A stretch of 56,357 bases of DNA, filler included, from Sluysia triapertura (Eukaryota), in the NCBI GenBank assembly GCA_046118255.1. It is 4 parts of 4 records of this genome, joined end to end, with 100 filler letters (N's around TTAATTAATTAA, not from the genome) between each part and the next. Parts side by side here need not be neighbours in the genome. Positions count along the whole stretch, not along the records: positions 1 to 11,138 come from JBJNIA010188388.1; positions 11,239 to 22,766 come from JBJNIA010183690.1; 2 more parts are not named here. One strand, given 5' to 3'. The notes beneath the pieces were generated by a model that was not told the DNA's origin, searched no databases, and saw nothing but the letters and a program-made list of their open reading frames with translations. Every line of letters starts with the position of its first letter. Position 1 is the stretch's first letter. The translations under genes were made by a program, and so were the position numbers. Below, in pieces: positions 1 to 13,324 of this stretch.

Positions 1-3000
1 CCTGTAATTCTTTGGCGCCAGGATTGAGACATTCGACAAGCATAGCATAAAGTTTTAAAGACATTTATAAGTTATTAAGTTAAGTTTTGAATAAGTATTT
101 TTCTATCTATTTACGTTTAAACTTGTACTTTGAATTAAATTTCAAGCACAAAGTATATATTTGGAATTATTAGATTTCTTGGATTTGATTAACTTTTAAG
201 AATTGATAAAGAAAACAGAAGCTGATTACGAAGAATTGATTCATTTGAAAATATTAAAACTAAGCAAAATAAGAAAGGTAAGAAAAATATGGCAGAAACA
301 GTTAATGATTTAACAGATTGTATAAGGCAACTAACTTTCAGCATGAAACCCACACTTATACTCTCGGAAATGCTCAAATTCAATGGGGCTCTTTTAGAGT
401 ACAACAGCATTGCTGTAGCCAATGGCTGGTCGGAAATGGAAAAAATTAAACGAATACAGAATTATCTGTCAGGAGTTGCAATCCAAACCCACTAAGAAAT
501 TGATCAGGAACATAAATGAGATTGAATTACTTTTGAAAACACATTCACCGAGGAGATAGATGATATATGCAAATATTATAATAAAATGTTGAACATTAGG
601 AAACAAAAATTAATGAAACGGTATATGAATTCGCTTGTACCAGAGCGAAACTGCCTAACGAAAAGAAAGAAACAACATTAATAGATAAGATTAAAAATAA
701 TATAAGACCCGAACTACATATATTTGTAAGTTTAACGGACAATCAACCATTTAAGGAAATAGTTAAGAAATTAAGGAGTATCGAAATATCCCGAATTGAG
801 GAAAAAGATAATGTAAGTTACGTAAGTAATAGTAATTTTAAGGATAATTCAAAGAGCAGATCCCCTAAAAATAAGTTTAAGAATTCTTTTGATAATAATA
901 ATTATGATTCAAATATAAATAAATTTAAATAAATATAAATACAAGACTGAGAAATTCGACAAACAATGTTTTTTCGTAATAATACTACTAACTATGTTCA
1001 GTTTAAACAGAACTAATGTAATAAATGCATTCGATTGCAATCAACCACAGTAGGTAATTGGTATTTAATATAGTAATCAAGGTGGTCGCATTATGAATTT
1101 ACAAAAAATCAGGATTTACGTGGAAATTGTTAATTGGTTGCTTCCAATTTTTGGCAAAATATCTTTTACATCACCATTCAAATTCACAGAAAAATTGAAT
1201 AAAGAAGGAAAAAAGGCAAACGGAGAATATAGCCTTACAGACCATACAAAATAATGAAAACGAAGAAATTGTAGAATCAAAGGAAAATCAAAAATGTCGA
1301 TTATATCCTCTACTTAGGGCAACCTCACCACAAAAAGACGAATGGTCAATATTAAAATAAGTGGTAAAATAATTTTAGCATTAATAGAGACGAGAGAAGT
1401 AGCCTCGTTAATTAATGAAACTTTACTAACAGAAGAAGAACTCATTTATCTCATTTATCTTGAGTTACAGGAGACGCTATTTATAATGAAAGCTTATTGC
1501 GAAATTGGACAAAATAAAATTGAAGTTAAACTAAGAGTAATGAAAAATGTCCTGATATTAGAAATGGATATCCTATCTCAACTAAAAGGAGTTATGTTGG
1601 ACTTTGACAAAGCCACATTAATGGATAGTCATTCGAATAGACCTATTGATGACGACGACCTATATATAGGTGAACCACTGTGGTTGTTAAATAGAAGGAA
1701 TGCATAATTCCAGCGAGAACGAACAGCTCATTAACTGGCCGAATTATATTCATAGCTTTGGATTCAATATGTAATAATTACGAAGGAACAATACCTGTTC
1801 GAATCATAAATTATACCAATGATAATAAATGGTTATTTGCCGGTACAAAATTAGGAAGATTTTTCAGTAGCAAAATTCCGTCACACATCAATATAATAAT
1901 GGATAAAACAAAAAGTAGTGTGATAAAATTACAATATGACATTCAAGAAGAAGGTTATGGAGAAATCCAAATTACTAATAAAAATCTAACAAAAAGACAA
2001 AAAGAACTTTTATACGAAGTAATAAAGAGAGTGATTGATAATAAAGCATGAGGTACCGTTGACAGAGGACAAAGTAATTCGAAGAAAACCATGTAGAATT
2101 CCTATATGCAATCAGAAGGAAATGCAGAACCAAATAGATACTATGAAAAAGGCTGGAATAATACGACCAGTTTCTCTCCTTTTTCATCTCTAGTTTTGTT
2201 AGTAGAGAAGAAGGATAGTATATTGAGATTCTGTACTGATTTTGTAAAATTAAATAAGATGATGAGAAAAGACGTATTCCCACTACCACGAATAGACGAA
2301 ATGTTGGATAAATTAGGAATTGCTACATATTTTACAGAGTGGATATTGGCAAATAGAAATTGTCGAAAAAGATAAACATAAAACAGCATTCACTTGTGGT
2401 AATGAACTATACGAATGTGAAAAGTGTCATTCGGTTTTGACCGGAGCGCCAGCAACTTTTAAACCTTGCATGAATTTTGTATTGTCAGGGTATAAGAATG
2501 TTATGGTTTATATCGATGTCATAATAATATTCTCAAAAGATTTTAAAAATCATCTAGAAGACAATATTTTAAAAAGATGAGAAGTATCCAGACTTAAAAT
2601 AAAACCCACAAAATGTTTTTTTGGCAGAAGAAAAGATTGAATTCTTGGGACACATAGTATCTAAAGATGGTGTTAAACCAAATCCGTGAAATATTGAGAA
2701 AGCAATCAAGTTTCCACAACCTGACAATGTCAAAACAAATTCAAAGTTTTTTGGGTTTAGCCAATTAGAATTTGTTAAAAATTTTGCTAAAATCTCACAA
2801 TCCCTCAGAAAATTAATAAAAAAGGACGTAAAATTTAGGTGAACTGATGAACAGACAAAAGAATTTAAAGAATTAAAGGAACATCTTTCTTGACGTCAAC
2901 AAACCTTTTATATTAACTACAGATGAAATCAATTATGCTATTGGAGCGATTTTATGTCAAAAAGATAAAACAATTTAGAAGCAGTCATAGCTTATGCCAG

Positions 3001-4520
3001 TCGAAGACTTAACACATCAAAAATGAATTATTAGCCTGTAGAAAGAGAGTCTTTGGCAATTTCATGTGTGTGCAAGCTATTTAGACATTACTTGCTGGAA
3101 CAAAAGGTTTACTTATACACTGATCGCAAACCTTTAACATATTCATATAATCATAGAGATGAAGTTAGCAGATTAAACATGTGGTTCAACAAATTATCAG
3201 AATTTAACTTAGAAATTATTTATAAACCCGGAAATTGAAATAATTGAGCAGATTGCAGGTTAACAAACGTAGATGATAAGAGAAATATCAATTTTGTACA
3301 AATTATGACCATATCTGGTAAAACACAAAATTTTGAAATAACCATAAAGCATCTAAGAGAAGATAAATAAATTTCAGTCATCTTGGATGCAGTGACCAAA
3401 AGTACCTTAAATGAAATGCAAGCTAAACGATTAGCTATTGTGGAAGGGATACTAAGATGCAGAGACTCCTTGATTTTACCTATATGATACAGTTCCATGA
3501 TGGACAATTAGGAGGCCATTTGTCAATGAGAAAGACTTTGTCTAGAATAAAGAATAAGTATTACTGGGAAAATATGGAATCCGATATTAAAAAGTGGTGT
3601 AAAGATTGTTCAATTTGTTATAGACGTAAGAACACTAGACAGAAAACAACAGTACCTTTAAAACCCGTGCCAGTGCCATTATCGCCAATGGAATTTATGA
3701 CTATGGATATCATGGATCCTCTTCCAGAAACAATCAACGGAAATAAATATGTAATCATGTTTGTTGATTATCTGACCAGATGGCCAGAAGTAAATCAAAA
3801 GGCCGAGACAGTTGCACAGATATTGGTAGAGAAGATTATTTATAGATAGGATACACCACGGAAATTATTAACAGATCATGGTACCAATTTCACTAGTGAC
3901 GTGATCATATCAGTAGCAAAAATTTTTAATATCTCCGTACTACCCACAAACTGATGGATTGGTAAAGCGATTTTATCGAACTCTTCTTAATATTATTCAG
4001 TCTTATGTAAATGATAGACAAACAGACTGCGATTTACATATTGCTGCATGTTTCATTGCTTACATGAGCTCAGTGCATCCATCTACTAATTTCATTCCAT
4101 TCTATTTAATGTAAGGGAGACATTCTAATATGCCTGCGGATTTGGATTGGGTGCCACCAACATCTCAATATTTAGAACTTCCGAATATGTAACAACAATG
4201 ATGGAACAATTGCAAGATGCGTGGAAGAGCGCAGGTCTTCAAAATAAGTATTCTCAAGAAATATACAAGGATACTTAAGACCAAAAAAGTAAAGAAACAT
4301 AGGTGATGAAACCAGGTTATCAAAACTAGGTTATTCACCTAAACTAGATAAACCTTTTAAAGGACCTTACTTGGTAACTAAAGTCGCAGATACAAATGTA
4401 TTTGTTAAAGACCCTAACAAAATTGATTCCGAAACTTTTGTAGTACATGTAATAGATGTAAGAAGAATACAACTTAAGAAACAGAAAATTACAAGATTGA
4501 AGGTTAAGCCTAAGTAAAAA
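1..4520 (+). mobile_element. Degenerate Ty3/Gypsy LTR retrotransposon, gag-pol internal region
   Basis: Domain order gag-PR-RT-RH-INT across frameshifts and stops. Gag AVANGWSEMEKIKRIQNYLSGVA (~410-480); decayed protease ALIETREVASLI (~1378); RT RFCTDFVKLNKMMRKDVFPLPRIDEMLDKLG, SGYWQI, KHKTAF, YIDVIIIFS; RNase H YASRRLN, EKESLAI, YTDRKPL; integrase HHCC HDGQLGGH...CKDCSIC, MDIMDPLP, LTDHGTNF, PQTDGLVKRF; GPY/F motif KPFKGPY (~4350). Confidence 0.95.
13..23 (+). promoter_or_regulatory. Probable tRNA primer-binding site of the Gypsy element
   Basis: TGGCGCCAGGA follows cctgtaattc (1-10), which recurs at 11991-12000 immediately before an LTR-type CAACA end. It lies ~270 bp upstream of gag. Confidence 0.6.
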
Positions 4521-5599
4521 GATTGGGACAAACCGCTTTCAATCCAATCATTAAGACACAAACAAGTAGTATTTATGATGCAGCCTTGTATTGATGATTT
4601 AGCTCATACAATGCAAAATGTTCTGTTTAATGAAAGATGGGTCAGATCAGTCAATGACATCGGTGCTACTACATCGAAATTTCTTAACCACATGAGAATT
4701 AGTATTTATAAACCAACCTAGAACAATAACATATAGCGTAAATCCAACATCAATCAACATAAATGGAGTGTTATTTTACTATGCAGATATCTTAGGCCAA
4801 TGTGTATAGGTATCTGTAAATGTGTGGGATAATAGTCCGTTAGAGTTAATTCTAGGATTGAATGTTATCAATAAATTAGAAAATATGGTTATTCATAGTA
4901 AGTATGGTTTATGAAACTTCTACCATGGTCAAGTATAATCATACCACATATTGTTCCACATATTGGCAATGAAATAACTCTTTATCAAACACCATTTTCA
5001 AATCCACCATTACAAGCTTCGGAATTGCCATCACCCGACATTATTGCTTCTACACTTCAACTATGTCATCAGATGAAACCTCGGCTTCATCTGGAATAGG
5101 TTCCATCATCAAGATACATTAATGATCATGACTACTACGAGAAAAGAATTCTATGAGAATAACCTTTTGGCTATAAATACTAATAATATAATTTGTATCT
5201 TTTATAACTAATACTATGGCTACAGAAACTGAAGAACATGACACCGTCGTTAATCATGATAAGAAACAGAAAATTATAATTACTAACATTTACAATCAAT
5301 ATTGGGGATTGGAGCTTCATTGGAACATCACACATTTAGGATTTATCTGAAACCATTATCAATTAATACACCACATAATGTCTACCTTATGGCCAGAGAC
5401 CTTTATTAATAGAGTTCATGAATACGCAGGAAAACATGAAACGCCTATGTACAAGAGATAAACATACTCTGAAGTACTTACTATAACACCAGGTTTGAAA
5501 ATATTTCATGGACAAACAGCTCGACAATCAATATATCAAATACTGTTTATAAATTGTTTGTTATACTCCTATTATTCACCATATTGTGTGTAACTTGGA

Positions 5600-7345
5600 C
5601 TTTATAATATATCGTCAGATTTGGTAGAAAATTGAGTGCAATTAGAAATAAAAAAGGTCGTCTATGATAACTATCGCATATTGCCAAGAACAAACCTATA
5701 AATCTGAATATTTCGAATTTTATAATTTGGAGAGTAAGGTAAAAGTCTACGTCTTAAACAGTAATATTCGTGCTCGATTATTAATTTTAGTTCTTTGATT
5801 GCATTTGAAAATTACATTAGTGATTCGATAGAGATTTCCACTGTATGTTCTAAAGAATTGGAGAAAAAAATTAATAACATAATGTAAATTTTGCAGCTGA
5901 AACAATTATTATGCAAAAAGATATATGAAGATCTAAAAGTAAAAATCTAAGTTATGATAACAGTATATCTAGAGTAATAAGGGGAATCTTGAACAAGGTC
6001 AATATAATGGATCAAAATCACATCAAGGCAACCTGAATTATTTTCATAAGAAGCTTGGTTAAGCAAATAACAACAATGTCGCTTTATATCCTTCGGTATT
6101 CGAAGCCGTTAATAAGGTACTAATGTATTAAAACATAAGATTAAGAATGTCGATTATAAATCTTTTAGAGAAAAATATAACATATATTACGGTCACTTTT
6201 GGCAAAACGAAATAAGACAAAAATGTTGGTTTCAATATCAATATACAACTTCGAAAGAATTTACAAGTTGATAACTTGAAATTTCGTAATGATTTATTAA
6301 CTTAGCAACTTAATATGCTCGAGAACAATTAGAACATGAGAAAATTAAAAAAAATAATCTAAAGATATGACATCTAATAAATCAAAAATTGTCAAAGAGG
6401 GTTTGGTGTGAAAGATCGAAGAGTGTTCGGAAACTCTTTTTAAAATTGAAGAAATTCAATTCAGTCATAAGTTGGAAAACAAGTACTTTGAAATTTGCGA
6501 TAACTCATTTGGAAACACAATTAAAGTTAATGCAGGATCAAAACAATCAGTGAAAATGATATTAAAATTTTATTATCAAAAGAAAATGAGTACTGTCATA
6601 AATCAGAAAACAAAATAAAAAACAAAGAATAAATTATTATTATTATTATTAGACAGAATGAGCAAAATCTGATGAAAGAAATTTCACATTTCAAGATGCA
6701 AATTAAACACTCATCTAATAATTCCATAAGAAATGAAATGAATACTGAGTTTAAAATAATTCAAGATAAAAGCAACGGAGACGATTGATGACTACCTAAT
6801 TCGAATATTATAGGAATGAATGCAGATTATAATTATATTTGTTCAATGATTGATAAAATTGCAACATTAAAAATTGCTGAGTTCTGTTGAATTGAGATGG
6901 GATATTTCACTTAAAAAGATAATAGTTGGAAGAAATAGTAAAGTTTCATCTATTTTGAATAAATTATGAAGCAGTAATAATCAAAAATTTGAATTGAATT
7001 TACAATTCTATGAAAATAAAATAGGAAAATTCACACGATTTACTTATCAATCAATTGCCAAATGTTCGATTTATTGTGACGAATTTGAAACAACTCTGCG
7101 AATTAGAAATAATAGGGAAATTATTTCTGCAATCTGAAAATGAAAGCTTGAAGCAAAAATTAACTATAATAAAGGAAGATTTGAATTTAACAAGACAATA
7201 ATATGAAAATAAAATGAAAGAAATGCCTATCCATATGGCAGATTTATTTAATAATCATTCACATAATACTAGTAGTTATTCGAAATCAGATGCTCCATCA
7301 AATAGTAGCACAAAAGGATTTTCAAATTCATTCAAGGCATTATAA
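5600..7345 (+). pseudogene. PPP1R21: Intronless decayed PPP1R21 (KLRAQ1/CCDC128)-like coiled-coil retrocopy
   Basis: By-eye translation. N-terminal KL(R)VQLEIKKVVYD (~5629-5668, needs a frameshift) resembles the KLRAQ motif; VCSKELEKKINN at ~5843. C-terminal QFYENKIGKFTRFTYQSIAKCSIYCDE (7003-7083) and KEDLNLTRQ*YENKMKEMPIHMADL (7172-7246) are in register with the remembered TTKRSYEDQ domain. Stop at 7343-7345, AATAAA at 7471. Many stops and frameshifts. Confidence 0.65.
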
Positions 7346-7859
7346 TTAATAAATTAAAATAACAATGTTCGTTATTTTATTAGATTATTTTCTTCATTAT
7401 TGTAATTTTTATTATTATTATTATTTATTATTATCTACTCATGTAAAACATCATGTAAAAATTTCATTTTAATAAAAAATGAAATATAAAGCTATCAAAC
7501 AGCAAAATTCAGTTTATAATCGTTTAGCATGGATAGTAAATTTTATTAAGTGGCGCGATCGATGTTCCATGTAATTTTTTTAAGTCTCTATGAGCAATAT
7601 TTGGTGCTGTGCAAAATATGACAAACTGAAATTAATTGTGTGTACTGGGCGCGCAAGAATGAACATAAGACAAGAAAACAATTTATTCTTTACAAAACGA
7701 ATAGTAGGAATACAATAAACTGTTGAAGATAATACTATAAACTACAATAAAACAATTACTTAAAGCAAATAAATTGTCTCATTGTACATTCTACTTTCTG
7801 TTTGTGTAAAATGTGTACAAACATTCTAATTCTTCTCTCTTCTATTTTTTGCATGTACC

Positions 7860-8890
7860 CGTGCTTTGTACACACAATCTAAATCAACCACACCATTACT
7901 TTGAATATAGTTCTTAATTCTTACAATCATGTCCAGATGTACATCACCAATTTAATTTCTTTGCTTGGTTTTAATGGATTTAGTTTTAACTAAATCTCCT
8001 TTCACAGTCTGCGCTTGATGCTATAAATATTCCAGCAATGTCCAACAACTTTGCCAAATCAGAATATTCTTGACTTTTATAAGCAAGTTGCAAAAGTTCT
8101 GGAAAACTCTTCACATATTTTTATTTTAATTTTCTTTGAGCATAAAATTTGAAATTATTGTACTGTTCTCTTATAACTCATTCTGGTGCAGTAAGAAAAA
8201 CTGAATATTTCTTGCACAAAGAAGAGATTTGTCATATCCAAACTCAAAATCGCAATCTGATTTCAACTTTGTCACATTAAAAGGCCATCCAATCTTGAAT
8301 TTCATTTTCTGAAAATGTGTCTTCCAAATGAAAAGTTAATTTATTTAGTAAAAGTTAATTTTAACTCTTTCAATAAAAGTTAAAATAGTTTTTGAATCTA
8401 TTGAAATACATTTTTCTGCTTATTTCAGAACCGTGGATTTGAACTTACCCAAGGTACTAATTTTTTATACTTTGCATGTGTCATGTCTATTGCATCGATG
8501 GGTGTCAATCCACTTGTCTGTAAAGCTTTACACAAGGAAGACAACTTAGAGGACAATTTCTAGTGTAATATAAATTTGTGGATCACTTAATATTTTTGGC
8601 AGTAATTTGCAATATGATCATTTGATGTTTGTAACTCTTCACTGAAGTACTGAATGAGGCTGTCATAATTTAAAGCAAAATGTCATTCAGTTGTCTAAAT
8701 GTTCTAAGGTTGCAGCAATTTCTTTCAAAATCTGTTTTTTGTTGCTTGAGAGGTTGAACATCGTGTAAACTGTACGCATTAGTGTTTCAACTTCAGATAG
8801 CAGTTTAATTCCTTTCCACGTATCAGTAATACCTAAATCCTCTCTAAATGCAACACAGTGTTGTGCAAGATTTCAGATTTCTTTCCATAA
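7860..8890 (-). mobile_element. hAT transposase remnant (ZNF862-like)
   Basis: Minus strand QHCVAFREDLGITDTWKGIKLLSEVETLMRTVY (decayed CxxH region, ~8770-8865) and dimerisation motif ASSADCERRFS...IKTKQRN*IGDVHLDMIVRIK (~7910-8021). Confidence 0.85.
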
Positions 8891-10879
8891 CATTTCTTAC
8901 ATTATAACATTCTTACATACTTATCAAATCAATACAAGAAAATGTATGTGAACATAAAAATTACCAAGAAATGCACAAAAATTAAATTCAATAGTAACAA
9001 TTACTCATTATACTGAATTGAAATTATTTATACTGAAATTAAACAATTATGTTATGATAATAAAGTGAATGGAGCACTAATATTTTATCTTCACACTAAC
9101 GACGCAAATAGTGATAATTTCCAGCAAGAAAATAAAACTTTATATTCTAAAAGAAAATCACTACAGGTAAATTTACTACCCAAAAACTAAAGTTAATAAA
9201 TGGGAGTCTCCCAAAAATCAAAAATTAACTAATTTAAATGAACTAATTTATAAATATCTGAACAAAAATTCTTAATTATAAAATTCTATTAACTTGAGAA
9301 GGGAGTTTCCTAAAAATCAAAAGTGATCCAGTAAAATTAATAATTTATTTATTTATTTATTTTCTTTTTAAAATTAGATTTTATAACAAAAGAAATGAAA
9401 TGAAATGAAATAATAAATAAAATTACCAATACATAGACACCTTCGTAAAAATTAAAATTTCTTTTTTTTGTGTTGTTGATTGTTATAGTAGATTATATTT
9501 GTTGCCTCTTGTTGTGTTTTAAAATTTTCAAGTATTCCCTTTTATACTTTCTTATCATCCAATAATTCCTGAGTTTTATAATCAAACATATTCTCATACA
9601 ATTCATCATAAAAATCGTTAAGAATTAAACAGACAGTAATAACTTCGACAGTTATATGGTACAGTCTGTCAAACTTTATTAGATACAGAATACAAAGAAT
9701 TGATTATTACTTTCCTCTACTCTACTCGATCTACTTTTACTTAATTTACTTATCACATTAAAATAACTCATTAGTACTGTTAACAAACATAAAAATAACG
9801 AATTTAACTTTAGATTTTAGAATTCAATTGATTTTCGCCTTTATACACCCAATTTTCTAAGGAAAAACGTTTAATGTTCTTATTCGCAACCAAATGACTT
9901 TCATAGCAATCATCTCATATTCAATTCATTATCTTTTTATCATTTTAAGTATAAAAATTCAACATTACATAATTAAAATTTGACTTTGCTCAATACGAAC
10001 TTGTTCAAACAATATCTTTATTGAAAGGTCTTTTTTATACAAATACAACCAAAGACATTCAAACCTTATTCATAAAAACGTACTTTTTCTTAATTAAGGT
10101 AAGATTTTAATTAATATGTTTTGGGACTTAATCTTATTTTATTTTTAAATGTTTCATTATAGTTCTAAAATTATTTAGTATTTGATAAAGCATTCAAGGG
10201 CCTCTAAATGCTTTCACCTTCGCCACTCTGATTCCCATTTCTACTTCTTTATGTTAATTATTAATGTATCAAACTTATCTTTAATATTAGCAAAAATGGT
10301 TTTATTTCTCAAATATTTTAAAGATTTCTACTACTTTACTCAAAGGTCACAAATGCTTATCAAGGTTTCAGGATTACCTAAATAATCTCAAGATGTTCAA
10401 AGGTTACCTAATATTTCGAAAGGTTTTCCAAATCCATCTGAAACCTTCAGAAAGGTCTTTGGGAACTCAAACGTATTCTTCAATTCCCAAAATGACTATA
10501 GATGTCTTTACAACCCTCACTTCAATAATATCTCATCACACCTCACCACCACTCCAAAAGAATTCCTCCTGCACTTTCATTTTTCCCTCTTTCCCACTCA
10601 TTTTTGTTTCACAATTTGACAATCTCAACAATTTTCTGAAATAATTTGTACGATAAAAATTACGTTGCAGTTGTCGTCTGAAATGTTGGAAGTTACTGTA
10701 ATCGTATTCAACAACTCTGAAATTCGTTGCAAGTTCATCGTTAGCTTTACGTTGACCATCACGAATAATTATAACTTTAGCTTAATAGTAAGTAATAATA
10801 ATGCTGCAACAATAATATAACTGCCAAAAAATAATGAAAAATTGCTGCCAAAATAGTAATGATGAATTGTGACTTTAAA

Positions 10880-11138
10880 TGAAACACTCTTATTGGCTGT
10901 CCAATATTTTTGAAATTGTAAGATAAAAATTGGTTATCCAACCAAAAACATAAAAGCAATATAGAAATTCATTCTGGTTGAGTAGCCAATAAATGAATAA
11001 AAATTATAATTGATGAGAGAACCACTATCAGTGGTGACATTGATTAGAAGTTTAATGAATCAGCCACTGATAGTGGTAGTTACTGAATAATTTTTGTGAT
11101 TTAAAAATAATAAAATTAAAACGGTGATAATAATAATA
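10880..11138. repeat. Hairpin/CCAAT block, copy A of a dispersed non-coding family
   Basis: Perfect 14-bp inverted repeat ACCACTATCAGTGG (11021-11034) / CCACTGATAGTGGT (11064-11077). Several CCAAT/ATTGG upstream and AAT microsatellite downstream. Similar to 42541-42730. Confidence 0.7.
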
Positions 11139-11238
11139 NNNNNNNNNNNNNNNNNNNNNNNNNNNNNNNNNNNNNNNNNNNNTTAATTAATTAANNNNNN
11201 NNNNNNNNNNNNNNNNNNNNNNNNNNNNNNNNNNNNNN

Positions 11239-11321
11239 TACAATAATAATTAATAATAATAAGTAATTCAATCTACAGTAATAAATTCAATAACAATAAT
11301 TAATAGTAGTAGTTATTCAGC

Positions 11322-11366
<45 letters not shown>

Positions 11367-11400
11367 TAACAGTAATAGTAATGATAGTTAATATAATAAT
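11239..11400. repeat. (AAT)n microsatellite
   Basis: Directly visible AAT run next to an assembly gap. Confidence 0.95.
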
Positions 11401-11899
11401 AGAAAATCTATTCTCTTTTGTCCAAATAATTTTTAATTTTATATAGTTTGTATTTAATCTCATTTCAGTAACGTTTTTGTCGATTAAAATGCTCTTAAAT
11501 TGGGTATAACATTATTCTCTCAATCTTTAATTTAAATTAATTTTGATCGAGAATAATGTTAATAATTTTTAATTGTATACGAATTTTACCTAATCTTAAA
11601 TTAATATAATTTTGACTTTCATATTATAATGATTTTTATGTTCTTAAAATGTAATGTTATAATGTCTTTATAGAATCTCATTTTAATATTAAATGTTATT
11701 TGTTGCTACATTTCGAATTTACATTAATTCTATTAAATCTCATTTTAAATTGACAAAGGCGTTATAATCTTAATAAAAATGATTTTAATTTTACTTTAAA
11801 AATAGTTTTTATTTTAAATAAATTTAAATTAAATTAATTTTAGATTTTAAAATATTATACCACACTATTATTATTATTTCATTTTAATTAAATATTCCA

Positions 11900-12004
11900 T
11901 TAATAAATTTTATTTTTCATAATTTAATCAATCTTTAATTTTTATTATTAAATTAATGTTTATTATTAATTTAATCGACATATGTAAGTCCCTGTAATTC
12001 AACA
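11900..12004 (+). mobile_element. 3' end of an LTR related to the Gypsy element at the window start (left boundary undefined)
   Basis: atgtaagtccctgtaattCAACA; 11991-12000 is identical to window bases 1-10. A similar tatgtaagtcct followed by a PBS-like tgacaccgggatt occurs at ~22952-22980. Confidence 0.55.
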
Positions 12005-13324
12005 GTACAACCGATTAGGATTTTAACAAAATATTTTATATAATCTAACTCTTCAGAACCGTAGGTTTAATGATCAAAGACGACACAATAGTTAATAATA
12101 GTCAACCAAACGCTACATTTTGTAAAATATGTAAAATGACTTATCATTCAATTGCAACAGTTAATTAGATACAATAATCCATAAAAAACAATCTAATGTA
12201 GCAGATACTTCAGATACGATGTGTCTTTATTTAAAATTATTAACAATAACTCACTAACAAAATTAAATTAGTCTCGATGTATTTTTAATAATCCCAATAT
12301 GAATAGAAATTCTCAGTTATAAATCAGTGTCTTTACACGGTTAATTAACAAAATATAATACTTAAATCTAGGTATGACACAACTCACAAAGTTTTAGTAC
12401 CTATATTTAACAAAATAAATATAAAAAACGTGAGTCTACTAGCCTCAACAATAGTAAAAATATCACTTAAAGATAAAGCTTCAATCATAATCTTCACCAC
12501 AAGAGTGTTGAAACGGCTTCCTAATAGCAATAAAATTTTCATTTAAATAGTTTAGTCTGTTACTTTTGTGAATGTTTAACAAATATTCGATCGCTTATAT
12601 AGTAGTTAGATAATTTATGAGATTGAAAATTGGTAAGTTGGATGTTTTTTTTTGAGTCGGTTATAAGTCCATCAATTTTATTAATCAAATTTAGACGATA
12701 ATTTCCATAAATTTCCATTGACTTCCAATTTACTATCTTTCAGCAATTACCCAAAGATAATGAGATTTGTGGCGAACTTTCTCCTTGTCTTATTAACATG
12801 AAAAAATCAAAATTTAACATAACTATCATATTATAAGGTTGTGCAAGTCTATATACCCATCGAAATAATTTTTCAATATATAAAAGTTGACAATAGTATT
12901 AGAAATATGAAATAATATATTTTATATTAAATAAAATTTGCTCTCTCCAGTCATGTTCTGATATTCTATGGAGTCATTCGCAAATTGTGATTTTACTGAG
13001 TTTTAAAATTTATCAACTGCATTTAAACCGATGAGAAAGATAATCAATTGACCGAGTTTATAAAATTTAAAACTATATAAGTTAACTTCCTAAATTTTGT
13101 ATCCTTAATCAAAAAGGATTGTAAAATTTGCGCGAATAAGTTAATATTTTGGATGGTTATGTTGTAACTTTTAATTTTATTTTTCCAAATTATTAGATTA
13201 GAACTCAAAATTTCAATATATTCTTTATGTTATCACAAAATTACAACTAAAATATTCTTTGTAACAACAACGATACAAATTATTCTTTATAACAATATAA
13301 ATCACTCTCAATGACAAATATTAA

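Noticed and set aside
11010-11095. C/D-box snoRNA (TGATGA at 11011, CTGA at 11083, terminal stem)
   Set aside because: Interior is fully self-paired, leaving no guide; K-turn spacing is off by one; the boxes are not kept in homologous copy B.
11183-11194. ttaattaattaa islands in the middle of N-runs (also 22811-22822, 44741-44752)
   Set aside because: Identical 12-mer centred in three 100-base gaps, with stops in all six frames: an assembly spacer, not biology.
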